Assembly: GCA_964533935.1 (NCBI GenBank)
Contig: CAZHOG010000005.1
Coordinates: 6,402-70,401, forward strand
From: an uncultured Muribaculaceae bacterium
GTDB lineage: Bacteria > Bacillota_I > Bacilli_A > RF39 > UBA660
Length of the DNA: 64,000 nucleotides
Reading direction: 5' to 3'
Position numbers and translations under genes: made by a program. Positions 38,181-48,271 of this stretch are shown piece after piece (positions within the stretch are counted from its first letter, which is position 1; each line of letters opens with the position of its first letter). The notes under the pieces were generated by a model. That model searched no databases. It was not told where the DNA came from and saw only the letters and a list, made by a program, of their open reading frames with translations.

Positions 38181-39060
38181 ATTTTTAAAAAGAAGTATTA
38201 GAGATTCATTTAAAAGTGTATTTCGTAATTTTAGTTTAAGTGTTGCTGCAATCGCATGTACAACAATAACTCTTATTCTAGTAGCTGTATCAATAGTAAT
38301 ATCATATAATGTTTCATCTATTACACAAGAATTAGAAGATGAATTAACAATTGTTGTATATTTGAAAAAGGATGTTACTGATGAACAAATAGATAGTTTA
38401 AAAACAAACATTGTTCAAATGAAAAATGTTGAAGATGTAGAATTTAAAGACAATGATGAATGGAAATTAGAAATGCAAGAATATTCTGAAACTTATAAAA
38501 CAGCATTAGAATATTTAGATGAAAATCCATTATTGGATTCATTTGTAGTAAAAGTTAAAAATGTAAATGATTTAAAAGAAACAGCAGATAATATTAGAAG
38601 TTATGAATTTGTAGAGAGTGCAAGTTATGGAGAAGGCATGGTAGAAAATATCATAACAATCTTTAATATTGTAAAAAAGATTACTCTAGCTATAGTTATA
38701 TCATTAATTTTTGTAACAGCATTCTTAATTAATAACACAATTAAATTAACAATCTTTTCTAGAAGAAATGAAATTGAGATAATGCGTTTAGTTGGTGCAA
38801 GTAATATGACCATTAAACTACCATTTATGTTTGAAGGATTCTTTTTAGGAGTTCTAGGTAGTATTATTCCTATTTTTGTTACAATATATGGATATGTATT
38901 ATTATTTGATCACTTTAATGGTTATTTAGTTTCTCAAATGATTACATTAGTTAAACCATTTAATTTTATATTATTTGTTTCATTAATTATTTTAGCAATT
39001 GGAACATTAATTGGAATGTTAGGAAGTTATAGGGCTGTTAGAAAGTACTTGAAAATATAA
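38167..39060 (+). CDS. ftsX: Cell division permease-like protein FtsX
   Basis: The typical FtsX N-terminus MKIFRFLKRSIRDSFKSVFRNFSLSVAAI and four TM helices. It overlaps the ftsE end. Confidence 0.85.
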   Translation: MKIFRFLKRSIRDSFKSVFRNFSLSVAAIACTTITLILVAVSIVISYNVSSITQELEDELTIVVYLKKDVTDEQIDSLKTNIVQMKNVEDVEFKDNDEWKLEMQEYSETYKTALEYLDENPLLDSFVVKVKNVNDLKETADNIRSYEFVESASYGEGMVENIITIFNIVKKITLAIVISLIFVTAFLINNTIKLTIFSRRNEIEIMRLVGASNMTIKLPFMFEGFFLGVLGSIIPIFVTIYGYVLLFDHFNGYLVSQMITLVKPFNFILFVSLIILAIGTLIGMLGSYRAVRKYLKI

Positions 39061-40283
39061 TGAATAAATATTTCAAAAAATATATTTCATTAACATTAGT
39101 TTTATTATTTACTTTTAGTTTTTTACTAAGCCCTATAAGTGTTAATGCAGCAACGAAAGATCCTCAAACATTAGGTGATTTAAAAGATCAACTTGCAGCA
39201 TTAAAAAAGCAAAAAAGTGATAATGATGCTAATCAAAAATATACCCAAGCACAAATAAATGCAAGAGAACAATCAATTAGAAATGCAGAATCAGAAATAT
39301 CACAAGCACAAGCAGATATGGAAGCCGCTGAACAAAAGATTGATGAATCAAATACTAAAATAGATTCATTAAAAAATGAAACACAAAAATTATTAAAATT
39401 ATTACAACAATTAAAAAGTCAAAATGCTTATGTAGAATATATTTCTGGTGCATCAAGTATTACTGATTTAGTAATGAGAACAAATGCAGTTGAACAAATT
39501 ACTTCATCTAATCAAGACTTTTTAAATCAATTAGAACAATTAATAAAAGAAAATGAACAGTTGAAAATCGATTTGCAATCCAAACAAAAAGATTTAGAAG
39601 TAAAAATAACAAATTATCAAGCAACAATTAAAAGTTTATATGGTAACTTAGAATCTTATGATAAGTTTGCTTTAGACATAGATACTCAAATTAAGACTAT
39701 GCAAAATCAGGTTAATTCATATGTTAAATTGTGTGCAAGTAGTTCTAAGAGTTATTTAGGTGATAATGAATTATTAACAGATTGTACTAATGTGCCATAT
39801 AACGCTGGATGGTTAAAACCACTTAAAAAAGGTGTTACAACTAGTACTATCGGAACTCGTTGGGGTTCATATCATAATGCATTAGATATTGGTGGTAATA
39901 CAGAAGGAACTCCTGTTTATGCAGCAGCAGCGGGAACAGTTTCAGGTATTATCTGGAGATATAGATGCGGCGGTAATATGTTATACATCAATGTTACAGT
40001 TGGTAATAAAAAATATACAACTTACTATTATCATTTACTTACTATTAATGTAAGTTATGGTCAAACAGTAACTCAAAATACAATAATTGGAACTGTAGGT
40101 GGTGGATCAACAGCTGCATCTAAGGGTGGCTATGATTCATGTACAACAGGAACCCATTTACATTTTGGAGTAGCAAATGGCTATTATACTGGTAGTATAA
40201 GTAAGAGTAAAGTAATTACACCACCAGGATTCCCAAATTCTAAAGGTTATAGATTTAATTCAAGAACTGATTATTACGGATAG
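39060..40283 (+). CDS. Coiled-coil + M23 peptidase (EnvC/FtsEX-partner-like)
   Basis: Signal peptide, a long coiled-coil (QLAALKKQKSD...), and a C-terminal M23 domain (HNALDIGG...YYHLL...GTHLHFGV). It directly follows ftsEX. Confidence 0.75.
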   Translation: MNKYFKKYISLTLVLLFTFSFLLSPISVNAATKDPQTLGDLKDQLAALKKQKSDNDANQKYTQAQINAREQSIRNAESEISQAQADMEAAEQKIDESNTKIDSLKNETQKLLKLLQQLKSQNAYVEYISGASSITDLVMRTNAVEQITSSNQDFLNQLEQLIKENEQLKIDLQSKQKDLEVKITNYQATIKSLYGNLESYDKFALDIDTQIKTMQNQVNSYVKLCASSSKSYLGDNELLTDCTNVPYNAGWLKPLKKGVTTSTIGTRWGSYHNALDIGGNTEGTPVYAAAAGTVSGIIWRYRCGGNMLYINVTVGNKKYTTYYYHLLTINVSYGQTVTQNTIIGTVGGGSTAASKGGYDSCTTGTHLHFGVANGYYTGSISKSKVITPPGFPNSKGYRFNSRTDYYG

Positions 40284-40344
40284 GAGAGCAAAAATCTCCT
40301 TTTTTTATGCTTTAAAATATGTTACTATTAAACTAGGTGATAGT

Positions 40345-42783
40345 ATGAACAATAAAAAAGGTTTTACACTTGTTGAACTAATGGGTGTTATTGTTATTTT
40401 AGCAATCATTATAGCAATAGCTATCCCTTCATACAATTTAATAACAAAAAATATAAAAGCAAAAAATCTTGAGAATCAAAAAGAATTAATTAAAGTTGCA
40501 GCAGTTAAATATGCTGAGGATGCTAATATCTATTTTATGTATCCAGAAGATTTAATTAAACAAGGATATTTAGAAGAAAAAGATATTGATCCATCTTTAA
40601 AATGTAGTATTTACCAAGTAAAAGATGATAAAGGATTGTTATATGCTGTTGAAATAAAAGAAAGTAATTCTGAAAATGAATCTTGTAATCAAGAATTATT
40701 AGCAAAATACGATGATAACATAAGAATTGAAATGAAAACGGTTACTGATAAAGATATTAATAGTAATACAAATTATTGGACTAATGAAGATGTTAAATTG
40801 TCATTCGAGTGGAATGAATCAGATAAAGGAACAATTAAAGAAGAATCTATTCAGTGGTATAAAGGTGATGAAATTATTGCTGGTACAAATAGTTATTCAT
40901 ACATAGTAACTGTGCCAACAACTGCAAAGCAAGAGCAACTATATAAAGTTAAATTAACAGCTACTAAAGATGGACAAGACATAGAATATACTGGAATGAA
41001 GTTTGTTAAAATAGATAAAAAGAATCCAGAATTTTATAACAATGCAGTTACTCCATCTGGTGATTGGCAATCATCAAAAGATTATTCAATAAATGCTTAT
41101 GATAACGAATCAGGGTTAAAGGGCTATTGGAGTGGAGTAAATACTACTGAAGATTGTCCAAATGAACAATCACAATATAGTAGTAAAAAAACGTTTAAGT
41201 TTGAAAATACTGCTTTTGATAAAGCTAATCTTAAAATTTGTATTATGGATAATGCTGGTAATGTAAAAAGTATTGAGCAAGAAATAGAAAAAGTAGATGG
41301 AATACAGCCTTCTTGCCAAATATTAGTTAATGGCCAACCAGCTGAAAACAAATGGTATATTGGAAATCAAATGACAGTTAGTACCAAATCAAGTATAACA
41401 AATATAAGTGGAACTAATTGGGGAATTTCAAATAACAATAGTGAAGTTAATTATAATGAAAAATCTATAATCGAGAATTCAAATATTACTAGTAAATCAT
41501 ATTATGGTTTTATAAAAAGTGGTGCTGGATTAACTAATACATGTAATGCTACAGTTAAATATGAACATGATATAACTGCACCAGTAATATCTGGATCATC
41601 TTCAAATTATAATTCAATAACTGCCACATATAATACTGGTTCTGCAATAAGTGGCATAAAAAATACTACATGTCATTTAACTGATGCTAATGGAAATATT
41701 AAATCAAATGGAACATTAAATAGTAATGGAAGTTGTACTTTCTCTGTTCCAGCTACAAGTGCAAATTCTATATATTATTTTAAAAAATGTATAACAAGTA
41801 ATGCAGGTAATAGTATTTGTTCAACAGTTTCTTCTAAAACAACTGTAGGATATTGTACAAGTGGAAATTATACAACAAGTATAGTTAATAAATCTTATAC
41901 ATCAAGTTGTCCAGCATGTGGAAGTGGAACAAGAAATTATACATATAATGAAAAATATACTTCAAAATATAATAATTTATCATGTGGAAATTCTGGCACA
42001 AAATCTTCTAGTGAAACATGTTCTGGTTTACCATCATGCTGTTCATCTACTCGTGCAAGTTATGGTAATTATGGTGGCTGCTCAGCAGTTTGTGGAACCG
42101 GTTCACAAACTAGAACTGTAAATTATTATTCAAACTATGATGGAAGTTTCTGCGGTTCTGCACAACAATCATCTTCTTGTAATACACAAGATTGTTGTTC
42201 AAAAACCCATATAGGAAGTTATAGTGGATATGGTTCATGTTCTGTAGGATGTGGCGGTGGATTAATGTATAGATCTGCATATTATTATTCGGATTATGAT
42301 GGAAGATATTGTAGGACTGCATCAGAAGGGGCACTATGTAATACTCAGAGTTGTATTCCTCCATCTCAAGTGATTCCTGGAACACCAAGCGGTGGAAGTT
42401 GTGAATGTACTAATGCATGGACTTGGAGAATGATGAGATATAATGGTGAAGGATTCTGTTCAGGAGGATCATTTACAAGTCAATGGATTAATTTTGGACA
42501 ATATACACGTCTTACAGGAACTATATATGTAGCATCTTCTTCTAGCGAAAGTGGAGTAAGATGTATCTTTGGATTAGATAATAATCCAAATGATGAAAGT
42601 AATGTTTTATTCCCAATTTTAGATGTATCTACTACAAGCACTTCTTGGGCAGGATATAATTATGATTATAGAATTCCAGCTGGAGCTAAAACTAGTTTAT
42701 TTACTAAGGCAATCTGCTACCATACTGGAAATGCTGAATCATCATCATTTGAAATGGGTCAAATGACAGGACATCATGATTAA
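40345..42783 (+). CDS. Large (812 aa) type IV pilin / pseudopilin-like protein with C-terminal thrombospondin type-1-like Cys repeats
   Basis: The N-terminus MNNKKGFTLVELMGVIVILAIIIAIAIP is a class III prepilin signal with the G|FTLVE cleavage/methylation motif. The C-terminal region has three about 46-aa repeats with CSxxCGxGxxxR...C...CNTQxC. RBS AGGTGA. Confidence 0.75.
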   Translation: MNNKKGFTLVELMGVIVILAIIIAIAIPSYNLITKNIKAKNLENQKELIKVAAVKYAEDANIYFMYPEDLIKQGYLEEKDIDPSLKCSIYQVKDDKGLLYAVEIKESNSENESCNQELLAKYDDNIRIEMKTVTDKDINSNTNYWTNEDVKLSFEWNESDKGTIKEESIQWYKGDEIIAGTNSYSYIVTVPTTAKQEQLYKVKLTATKDGQDIEYTGMKFVKIDKKNPEFYNNAVTPSGDWQSSKDYSINAYDNESGLKGYWSGVNTTEDCPNEQSQYSSKKTFKFENTAFDKANLKICIMDNAGNVKSIEQEIEKVDGIQPSCQILVNGQPAENKWYIGNQMTVSTKSSITNISGTNWGISNNNSEVNYNEKSIIENSNITSKSYYGFIKSGAGLTNTCNATVKYEHDITAPVISGSSSNYNSITATYNTGSAISGIKNTTCHLTDANGNIKSNGTLNSNGSCTFSVPATSANSIYYFKKCITSNAGNSICSTVSSKTTVGYCTSGNYTTSIVNKSYTSSCPACGSGTRNYTYNEKYTSKYNNLSCGNSGTKSSSETCSGLPSCCSSTRASYGNYGGCSAVCGTGSQTRTVNYYSNYDGSFCGSAQQSSSCNTQDCCSKTHIGSYSGYGSCSVGCGGGLMYRSAYYYSDYDGRYCRTASEGALCNTQSCIPPSQVIPGTPSGGSCECTNAWTWRMMRYNGEGFCSGGSFTSQWINFGQYTRLTGTIYVASSSSESGVRCIFGLDNNPNDESNVLFPILDVSTTSTSWAGYNYDYRIPAGAKTSLFTKAICYHTGNAESSSFEMGQMTGHHD
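41893..42354 (+). repeat. Three tandem coding repeats (about 138 nt each) encoding TSP1-like six-Cys modules inside the pilin-like gene
   Basis: Protein repeats are SCPACGSGTRNYTY..., GCSAVCGTGSQTRTVNYYSNYDGSFCG...CNTQDC and SCSVGCGGGLMYRSAYYYSDYDGRYCR...CNTQSC. Confidence 0.6.
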
Positions 42784-42810
42784 AACACAAATATTTTGTG
42801 TTTTTTTCTT
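42784..42810 (+). terminator. Rho-independent terminator after the pilin-like gene
   Basis: AACACAA-atatt-TTGTGTT followed by TTTTT. Confidence 0.6.
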
Positions 42811-42847
42811 TTTAATGTTAAAATGTTTGGAGTAAGGAGGACATTTT

Positions 42848-43747
42848 ATGACTTTTACAACAAGAATTAAAGAAGAAATTACATTACTTCCCATTAATCC
42901 AATAGAAGCAAGAAATGAAATTTCGGCAATAATAAAATATGATGCAAAATTAGAAAATAATAAAATAGTAATTACTGTAGAAAATGCCTCCGTAGCTAGA
43001 AGAATATATAAAAATATAAAAGAATTATTTAATATTAATTCTAAAATAATAATTAGAAATCAAAAGCGTTTTAGAATTAAACAAATATATATTCTAGAAA
43101 TAAATGAAAAAGTTGATTTTATTTATTCAACATTAAAAATTAATAATTTATATTTAGAAACACAAGAAGATAAAATAGCATTTCTAAGAGGTGTTTTCAT
43201 GGCTTGTGGTTCTATTTCAGATCCAAGTACTAGTGGATATCATTTAGAGTTTGTATTTACAAAAATTACAGATGCAAAACTAGTTGATAACGTTTTAAAA
43301 TCATTTAAATTAGATTCTAAGGTTTTAAAAAGAAGTAATAGATACATGGTTTATTTAAAGTCTGCTGAAGATATTAGTGATGTTATAAAATTATTTGGAG
43401 CAATTAATTCACTATTTTACTTTGAAGATATAAGAATATATCGTGATCATAAAAATATGGTTAACAGGTTAAATAATTGTGAAATAGCCAATCAAGAAAA
43501 AACTATGACTACCGGAATGAAACAAGTTGATGATATTAATTATTTAATAGATAATAATTTATTAGAATTACTAGATGAGAATAGTCAAATAGTAGCTACT
43601 TATAGGCTTAAATATCCTGAATCATCATATTTAGAATTAGCAGAAATTATTTCTCTTGAAACGGATTATCAAATAGGAAAATCAGGGATTAATCATAATT
43701 TTATTAAAATTAAAAAAATGGTTGATAAACATAAAAATACGATCTAA
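42848..43747 (+). CDS. whiA: DNA-binding sporulation/cell-cycle regulator WhiA
   Basis: [12 protein letters not shown]-terminus, degenerate LAGLIDADG-type repeats and a C-terminal HTH ([20 protein letters not shown]). RBS AAGGAGG. Confidence 0.8.
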   Translation: MTFTTRIKEEITLLPINPIEARNEISAIIKYDAKLENNKIVITVENASVARRIYKNIKELFNINSKIIIRNQKRFRIKQIYILEINEKVDFIYSTLKINNLYLETQEDKIAFLRGVFMACGSISDPSTSGYHLEFVFTKITDAKLVDNVLKSFKLDSKVLKRSNRYMVYLKSAEDISDVIKLFGAINSLFYFEDIRIYRDHKNMVNRLNNCEIANQEKTMTTGMKQVDDINYLIDNNLLELLDENSQIVATYRLKYPESSYLELAEIISLETDYQIGKSGINHNFIKIKKMVDKHKNTI

Positions 43748-44313
43748 AGAATCTCATCTATTAGACCGTATTTTTTTGCTTCTAAAGAGTCCATATAATT
43801 ATCTCTATCTGTGTCTTTAACAATTTTTTTTAGAGGTTGATTAGTATTAAGAGAAAGAATTTTATTTAACTTATCTTTTATTTTAATTATTCTTTCAGCC
43901 GCTATTTTAATATCTGTAGCTTGACCCTCAGCTCCACCAAGAGGTTGATGAATCATTACTTCACTATTAGAAAGAGCATATCTTTTGCCTTTTTTTCCAC
44001 AGGATAATAAGAATGCTGCCATACTAGCTGCCATTCCAATTACTATAGTTTTAACATCACTTTTAATATAATTCATTGTGTCATAAATAGCCATACCTGA
44101 TGTTACACTACCTCCTGGTGAATTAATATATATGGAAATATCTTCATTATTTAAAGAATCTAAATATAATAATTCAGAGATAATAATATTTGAACTAGCA
44201 TCGTTAATTTCTCCAGTAATAAAAATAATTCGATCTTGTAGTAGTCGGGAATACAAATCAAATGCATATTCCTTATCATATGTTTTTTCTATTATTGTTG
44301 GAATTATATTCAT
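43744..44313 (-). CDS. clpP: ATP-dependent Clp protease proteolytic subunit ClpP
   Basis: [24 protein letters not shown]...[11 protein letters not shown] (catalytic Ser)...MIHQPLGG (catalytic His). Confidence 0.9.
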   Translation of the reverse strand: MNIIPTIIEKTYDKEYAFDLYSRLLQDRIIFITGEINDASSNIIISELLYLDSLNNEDISIYINSPGGSVTSGMAIYDTMNYIKSDVKTIVIGMAASMAAFLLSCGKKGKRYALSNSEVMIHQPLGGAEGQATDIKIAAERIIKIKDKLNKILSLNTNQPLKKIVKDTDRDNYMDSLEAKKYGLIDEIL

Positions 44314-44416
44314 AAAATCACCTAATAATATAATAGTTAAAAATAAAGATTTTTATTCAATTAATTATCGACAAAAAATATAGATTATTAAAACTATAAT
44401 TATTTTGGTGATTATA

Positions 44417-44596
44417 GTGAAAGTAAAAGTGTTTGATGAAAATCATGAAAAGGATTTAGAAAATAGTATTAATGATTTTCTATGTAGTACAACTTGTGAT
44501 ATAATAGATATCAAGTATCAGGTAGCTATTTCTCTTTTTGGAGAAGAACAAATTTATTGTTTTACAGCGATGATAATATATGTAAATAAAGAATGA
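44417..44596 (+). CDS. Sporulation protein Cse60-like small protein
   Basis: VKVKVFDENHEKDLENSINDFL...DIKYQV...EEQIYCFTAMIIY resembles Cse60/YteV. GTG start at 44417, 5 nt after GGTGA. Confidence 0.5.
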   Translation: MKVKVFDENHEKDLENSINDFLCSTTCDIIDIKYQVAISLFGEEQIYCFTAMIIYVNKE

Positions 44597-44606
44597 GTTG
44601 ATCAGT

Positions 44607-46238
44607 ATGAAAAAAAGTTCATTTATTGAAGGAACATTAATTGCAACACTTTCCATTATTTTTGTTAAAATTCTTGGAATGTTATATGTAATTCCTTTTT
44701 ATGCAACTGTTGGTGTTTTAGGTTCAGCATTATATGCATATGCCTATAATATTTATATAATATTTTTAGATATTTCATCAGCGGGATTACCAACAGCAAT
44801 ATCAAAGATTATTAATGAATATAATACACTTGGCCAAATGGATGCAAAAATGCGTGCATATGAAATAGGCAAAAAAATGATTTCATTAGTTTCAATAATG
44901 GTTTTTATAATTTTATTTGTTTTTGCTAAACCAATTGCGACAATGATTATTGGAGAAATAAAAGGTGGAAATACGATAGCTGATGTAGCATTTGTAATAA
45001 GATGTGTTTCATTTGCTATATTAGTAGTCCCTTATTTATCTGTTACAAAAGGATTTTTACAAGGACATAAAATAATTAATGTTTCTTCTATCAGTCAAAT
45101 AATTGAACAAGTTGTAAGAATAACAATTATATTAGGTGGTAGTTATTTAGGAGTTAATGTATTGCATTTATCAATGAGAAATACTATTGGTATTGCAGTA
45201 TTTAGTGCTTTTGTTGCTGGATTATCTGCAATGTTATATATATTTGCTAATTTCAGAAAACATCGTAAAGAATTAGGATTTGAAGAAAAATATAAAAAAG
45301 ATAAAGTTACTAACAAAGAAATTATTAAAAAAATTATTACGTATGCAATACCATTTATTATTATTGATATAGCCGTGTCAATTTATAATTTTATTGATAT
45401 GGTATTGATAATGCACACACTAAATTATTTAGATTTAGATGCCAAAACAATAGAATTTACTGCAACAGCTATTACAACATGGTCTGCTAAAATAGGAATG
45501 ATAGTAAATTCAGTTGCTATGGGAATGAGTGTAAGTTTAATTCCTACAATAGTTAGTGCCTTTACTTTAAAAAATTGGAAAGAAGTTAATAATAAATTAA
45601 ATAAAGCTTTACAATTAATACTAATTTCTTCTGTTCCAATGGTAGTTGGATTATCCCTATTATCAAAACCAGTTTGGTCAATATTCTATGGTTATAATTT
45701 TAATGGAACTATTATATTAGCTGCGCATATTTTTACATCATTATTCTTTAATATATATGTAGTAACATCATCAACTCTTCAAAGTGTTAATAAATTTAAA
45801 GCAGTTTATATGAGTACATTGACTGGTTTTATAACTAATGCTTTATTAGATGTTCCTTTAATGTTATTATTTAATACATTGGGATTAAAACCATATTTAG
45901 GAGCTATTTTAGCTACTTGTATAGGATACTTCTTATCAGTTATAATAGCACTTACAATTCTAAAAAAAGAGCATAAATTAAGTTATAAATCAACTTATAA
46001 AGCACTTGGTAAAATATTGATTTCAACTTTAGTTATGATATTCATTGTTCTAATATTAAAAGCATTAATACCATTGAATGTTAATAGTAAATTAATGTGT
46101 ATATTATATGTATCAGTAATTTCAATAGTTGGTGCAATAGTTTATGCCTTTGTTGGAGTAAAAACTAAATTATTTGAAGATGTATTTGGAAATACATATA
46201 TGAATAAAATAAAAAGAAAGCTTATCCGTAAAGGATAA
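44607..46238 (+). CDS. MOP-superfamily flippase (SpoVB / polysaccharide biosynthesis protein family)
   Basis: About 14 TM helices. The N-terminus FIEGTLIATLSIIFVKILGMLYVIPFYATVG is typical of the SpoVB/MurJ-like Wzx family. Confidence 0.6.
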   Translation: MKKSSFIEGTLIATLSIIFVKILGMLYVIPFYATVGVLGSALYAYAYNIYIIFLDISSAGLPTAISKIINEYNTLGQMDAKMRAYEIGKKMISLVSIMVFIILFVFAKPIATMIIGEIKGGNTIADVAFVIRCVSFAILVVPYLSVTKGFLQGHKIINVSSISQIIEQVVRITIILGGSYLGVNVLHLSMRNTIGIAVFSAFVAGLSAMLYIFANFRKHRKELGFEEKYKKDKVTNKEIIKKIITYAIPFIIIDIAVSIYNFIDMVLIMHTLNYLDLDAKTIEFTATAITTWSAKIGMIVNSVAMGMSVSLIPTIVSAFTLKNWKEVNNKLNKALQLILISSVPMVVGLSLLSKPVWSIFYGYNFNGTIILAAHIFTSLFFNIYVVTSSTLQSVNKFKAVYMSTLTGFITNALLDVPLMLLFNTLGLKPYLGAILATCIGYFLSVIIALTILKKEHKLSYKSTYKALGKILISTLVMIFIVLILKALIPLNVNSKLMCILYVSVISIVGAIVYAFVGVKTKLFEDVFGNTYMNKIKRKLIRKG

Positions 46239-46239
46239 G

Positions 46240-46554
46240 CTAAACCATATACATATTTGTAGTATTCTCAAAACTTTCTGTTGAAGTTACATTACTAGTT
46301 TCAAGTTTTGTAAGTCTACTATCAATTCTATTTAATTGTCTTTCAATTTTGGAAATTCTTGATTCAATGTCATTAGTATCATAACCATTTGTATTTGGCA
46401 TTCCATATCCTGGACCTGCATAAAATGATTGATTATATTGTCCAGATTGAACAGGCATCATGTTATTTGGAACCATATTATTTGGCATATAGTTTCCATA
46501 TGAATAAGAGGCTTCGTTAAAGAAAGAATTACGGTCCTTTTTCATTATTTCCAT
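46240..46554 (-). CDS. Hypothetical low-complexity (N/Y/M/P-rich) protein with a C-terminal coiled coil
   Basis: NYMPNNMVPNNMMPVQSGQYNQSFYAGPGYGMPNTNGYD then ESRISKIERQLNRIDSRLTKLE. It has the character of a spore-coat or phase-separating protein. No family assigned. Confidence 0.4.
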   Translation of the reverse strand: MEIMKKDRNSFFNEASYSYGNYMPNNMVPNNMMPVQSGQYNQSFYAGPGYGMPNTNGYDTNDIESRISKIERQLNRIDSRLTKLETSNVTSTESFENTTNMYMV

Positions 46555-46599
46555 CTCCTTAATTTTATTATATGAAAAGTATAGAAAGTAGTGATAAAA

Positions 46600-47229
46600 A
46601 TGCGTTTAAGAAATGTAAAAAATGCCCAAGAAATTTTAGATAATAGTTCTTATGTAATTAAAGAACCAGAAAAATATAAAGGTAAGTTTAATGAATTATT
46701 TAATAATGATAATCCTATTTGCTTAGAAATTGGCATGGGAAAAGGTAAATTCATTACTACATTAGCTCTTGAAAATCCAAATATTAATTATATTGGCCTT
46801 GAAAAATATCAAAGTGTTCTAGTTAGAGGAGTTCAAAAAGCTGATGAAATGGAAATCCCTAATTTAAAATTAATTTGTTATGACGCAAAAGAATTAGCAA
46901 ATGTATTTGATCATGAAATAGATACTATATATTTAAATTTTTCAGATCCATGGCCTAAAAATAGACATTCAGATAGAAGATTAACAAGTCATATATTTTT
47001 AAGTGTATATGATAATATATTTAAAAATCAAAAAAAGATTATTCAAAAAACCGACAATATAATTTTATTTGCATCTTCATTATCTTCTTTAAGTACTTAT
47101 GGTTATACATTAGAAGAAGTATCTTTAGATTTACATAATACAGATATTCATAATATTGAAACTGAATATGAAGATAAATTTAGTAATAAAGGATTTAAAA
47201 TTAATTATTTAAAAGCAACAAAAGATTAA
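46600..47229 (+). CDS. trmB: tRNA (guanine46-N7)-methyltransferase TrmB
   Basis: MRLRNVKNAQE..., the SAM motif LEIGMGKGKF and the conserved NFSDPWPKNRH block. Confidence 0.85.
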   Translation: MRLRNVKNAQEILDNSSYVIKEPEKYKGKFNELFNNDNPICLEIGMGKGKFITTLALENPNINYIGLEKYQSVLVRGVQKADEMEIPNLKLICYDAKELANVFDHEIDTIYLNFSDPWPKNRHSDRRLTSHIFLSVYDNIFKNQKKIIQKTDNIILFASSLSSLSTYGYTLEEVSLDLHNTDIHNIETEYEDKFSNKGFKINYLKATKD

Positions 47230-47268
47230 AAAGTTGCTTTTTTTATGAAATGATGTATAATATTCCGA

Positions 47269-47889
47269 GTGAAAAAGGGAGCTATTATAAACAAAAAGAA
47301 TTTTATTAAAAGTATTTATCCATATTTATTATCTGGTTGCATATTAACAGGTGGTTTTAAACTTTCAACAGGTCATTTACCATTTTATGTTGACAAAGAT
47401 AAACTAAATAGAGAAATTGATATAAACTATGAAAATGATATAACATATTTACTTAATAAAGATTATATTGACAAAGATTCTATATTACCAAATAAATTAT
47501 CTATATACGAATCATGGAATGAAAAAGAAGATGGCAGTTATTATCGTTATGTTAATGTATATGATTTAACTGGTGTTTCTCAAGATGATTATTTAAATTT
47601 AATTAATGGTGACAAAGAAATATTATCTGGAATAGAAAATTCTAAAATTACTCATTTAGAAACATCTTCAACCAAACCAGAATCACTTACTAAATATAAA
47701 GCTATATTTCGATTTGTTAGTGAAAATGATTACATATATGTTAAAGAATCAAGTTTTCAAAACGTTATGGAAACTTTAGATTTTTTAAAACTATTATTAT
47801 CTACTACAGCATTAATATTTTTAATAAGATCTAATAATATAGCCTTAAACGAAAATAACAAAGATATAATGAAAAAAATATTAAAATAA
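47269..47889 (+). CDS. Hypothetical protein, possible lipoprotein (LSGC lipobox-like)
   Basis: Open frame with no clear RBS. The N-terminus ...YPYLLSGCILTG is lipobox-like. Confidence 0.35.
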   Translation: MKKGAIINKKNFIKSIYPYLLSGCILTGGFKLSTGHLPFYVDKDKLNREIDINYENDITYLLNKDYIDKDSILPNKLSIYESWNEKEDGSYYRYVNVYDLTGVSQDDYLNLINGDKEILSGIENSKITHLETSSTKPESLTKYKAIFRFVSENDYIYVKESSFQNVMETLDFLKLLLSTTALIFLIRSNNIALNENNKDIMKKILK

Positions 47890-47977
47890 ACTTGCAAATA
47901 TAAACTATTTATGATTAAATATAAGTATCAACACGAAAGTGTTTTTATTTTGGATTTTTTTAACGGGGTGAATAATA

Positions 47978-48271
47978 ATGACAAAGAAAAAAGAAGAAAT
48001 TAAAGAAACAAATAATATGATTGAAAAAGTAGAAGATACTAAGATCACAAAAGAAAAGAAAGTAAAAAAGAATAAGGTTAAAAAGGAAAAGAAACCTAAG
48101 AAACCAAGTTATATTAAAGAAGTAAGAACTGAAATGAAAAAAGTAAGTTGGCCTACTAAAAAAGAAGTATTAAAATATACTTTTGCAACAATAGTTTTTT
48201 GCTTAGTAGTATGTGGATTTTTCCAACTACTTAATTTAGGATTATCTTTATTAAAGGGGATGTTTGAATAA
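47978..48271 (+). CDS. secE: Preprotein translocase subunit SecE
   Basis: A Lys-rich N-terminus, then VRTEMKKVSWPTKKEVLKYTFATIVFCLVVCGFF, the SecE TM segment. It is immediately upstream of nusG. Confidence 0.75.
   Translation: MTKKKEEIKETNNMIEKVEDTKITKEKKVKKNKVKKEKKPKKPSYIKEVRTEMKKVSWPTKKEVLKYTFATIVFCLVVCGFFQLLNLGLSLLKGMFE

Noticed and set aside
37883-38813. Minus-strand ORFs 37883-38122, 38115-38411 and 38625-38813
   Set aside because: Antisense within ftsE and ftsX.
41124-42388. ORFs 41124-41351 (-), 41918-42121 (+) and 42110-42388 (-)
   Set aside because: Alternative frames inside the 812-aa pilin-like gene. The Cys-repeat region is only coherent in the main frame.
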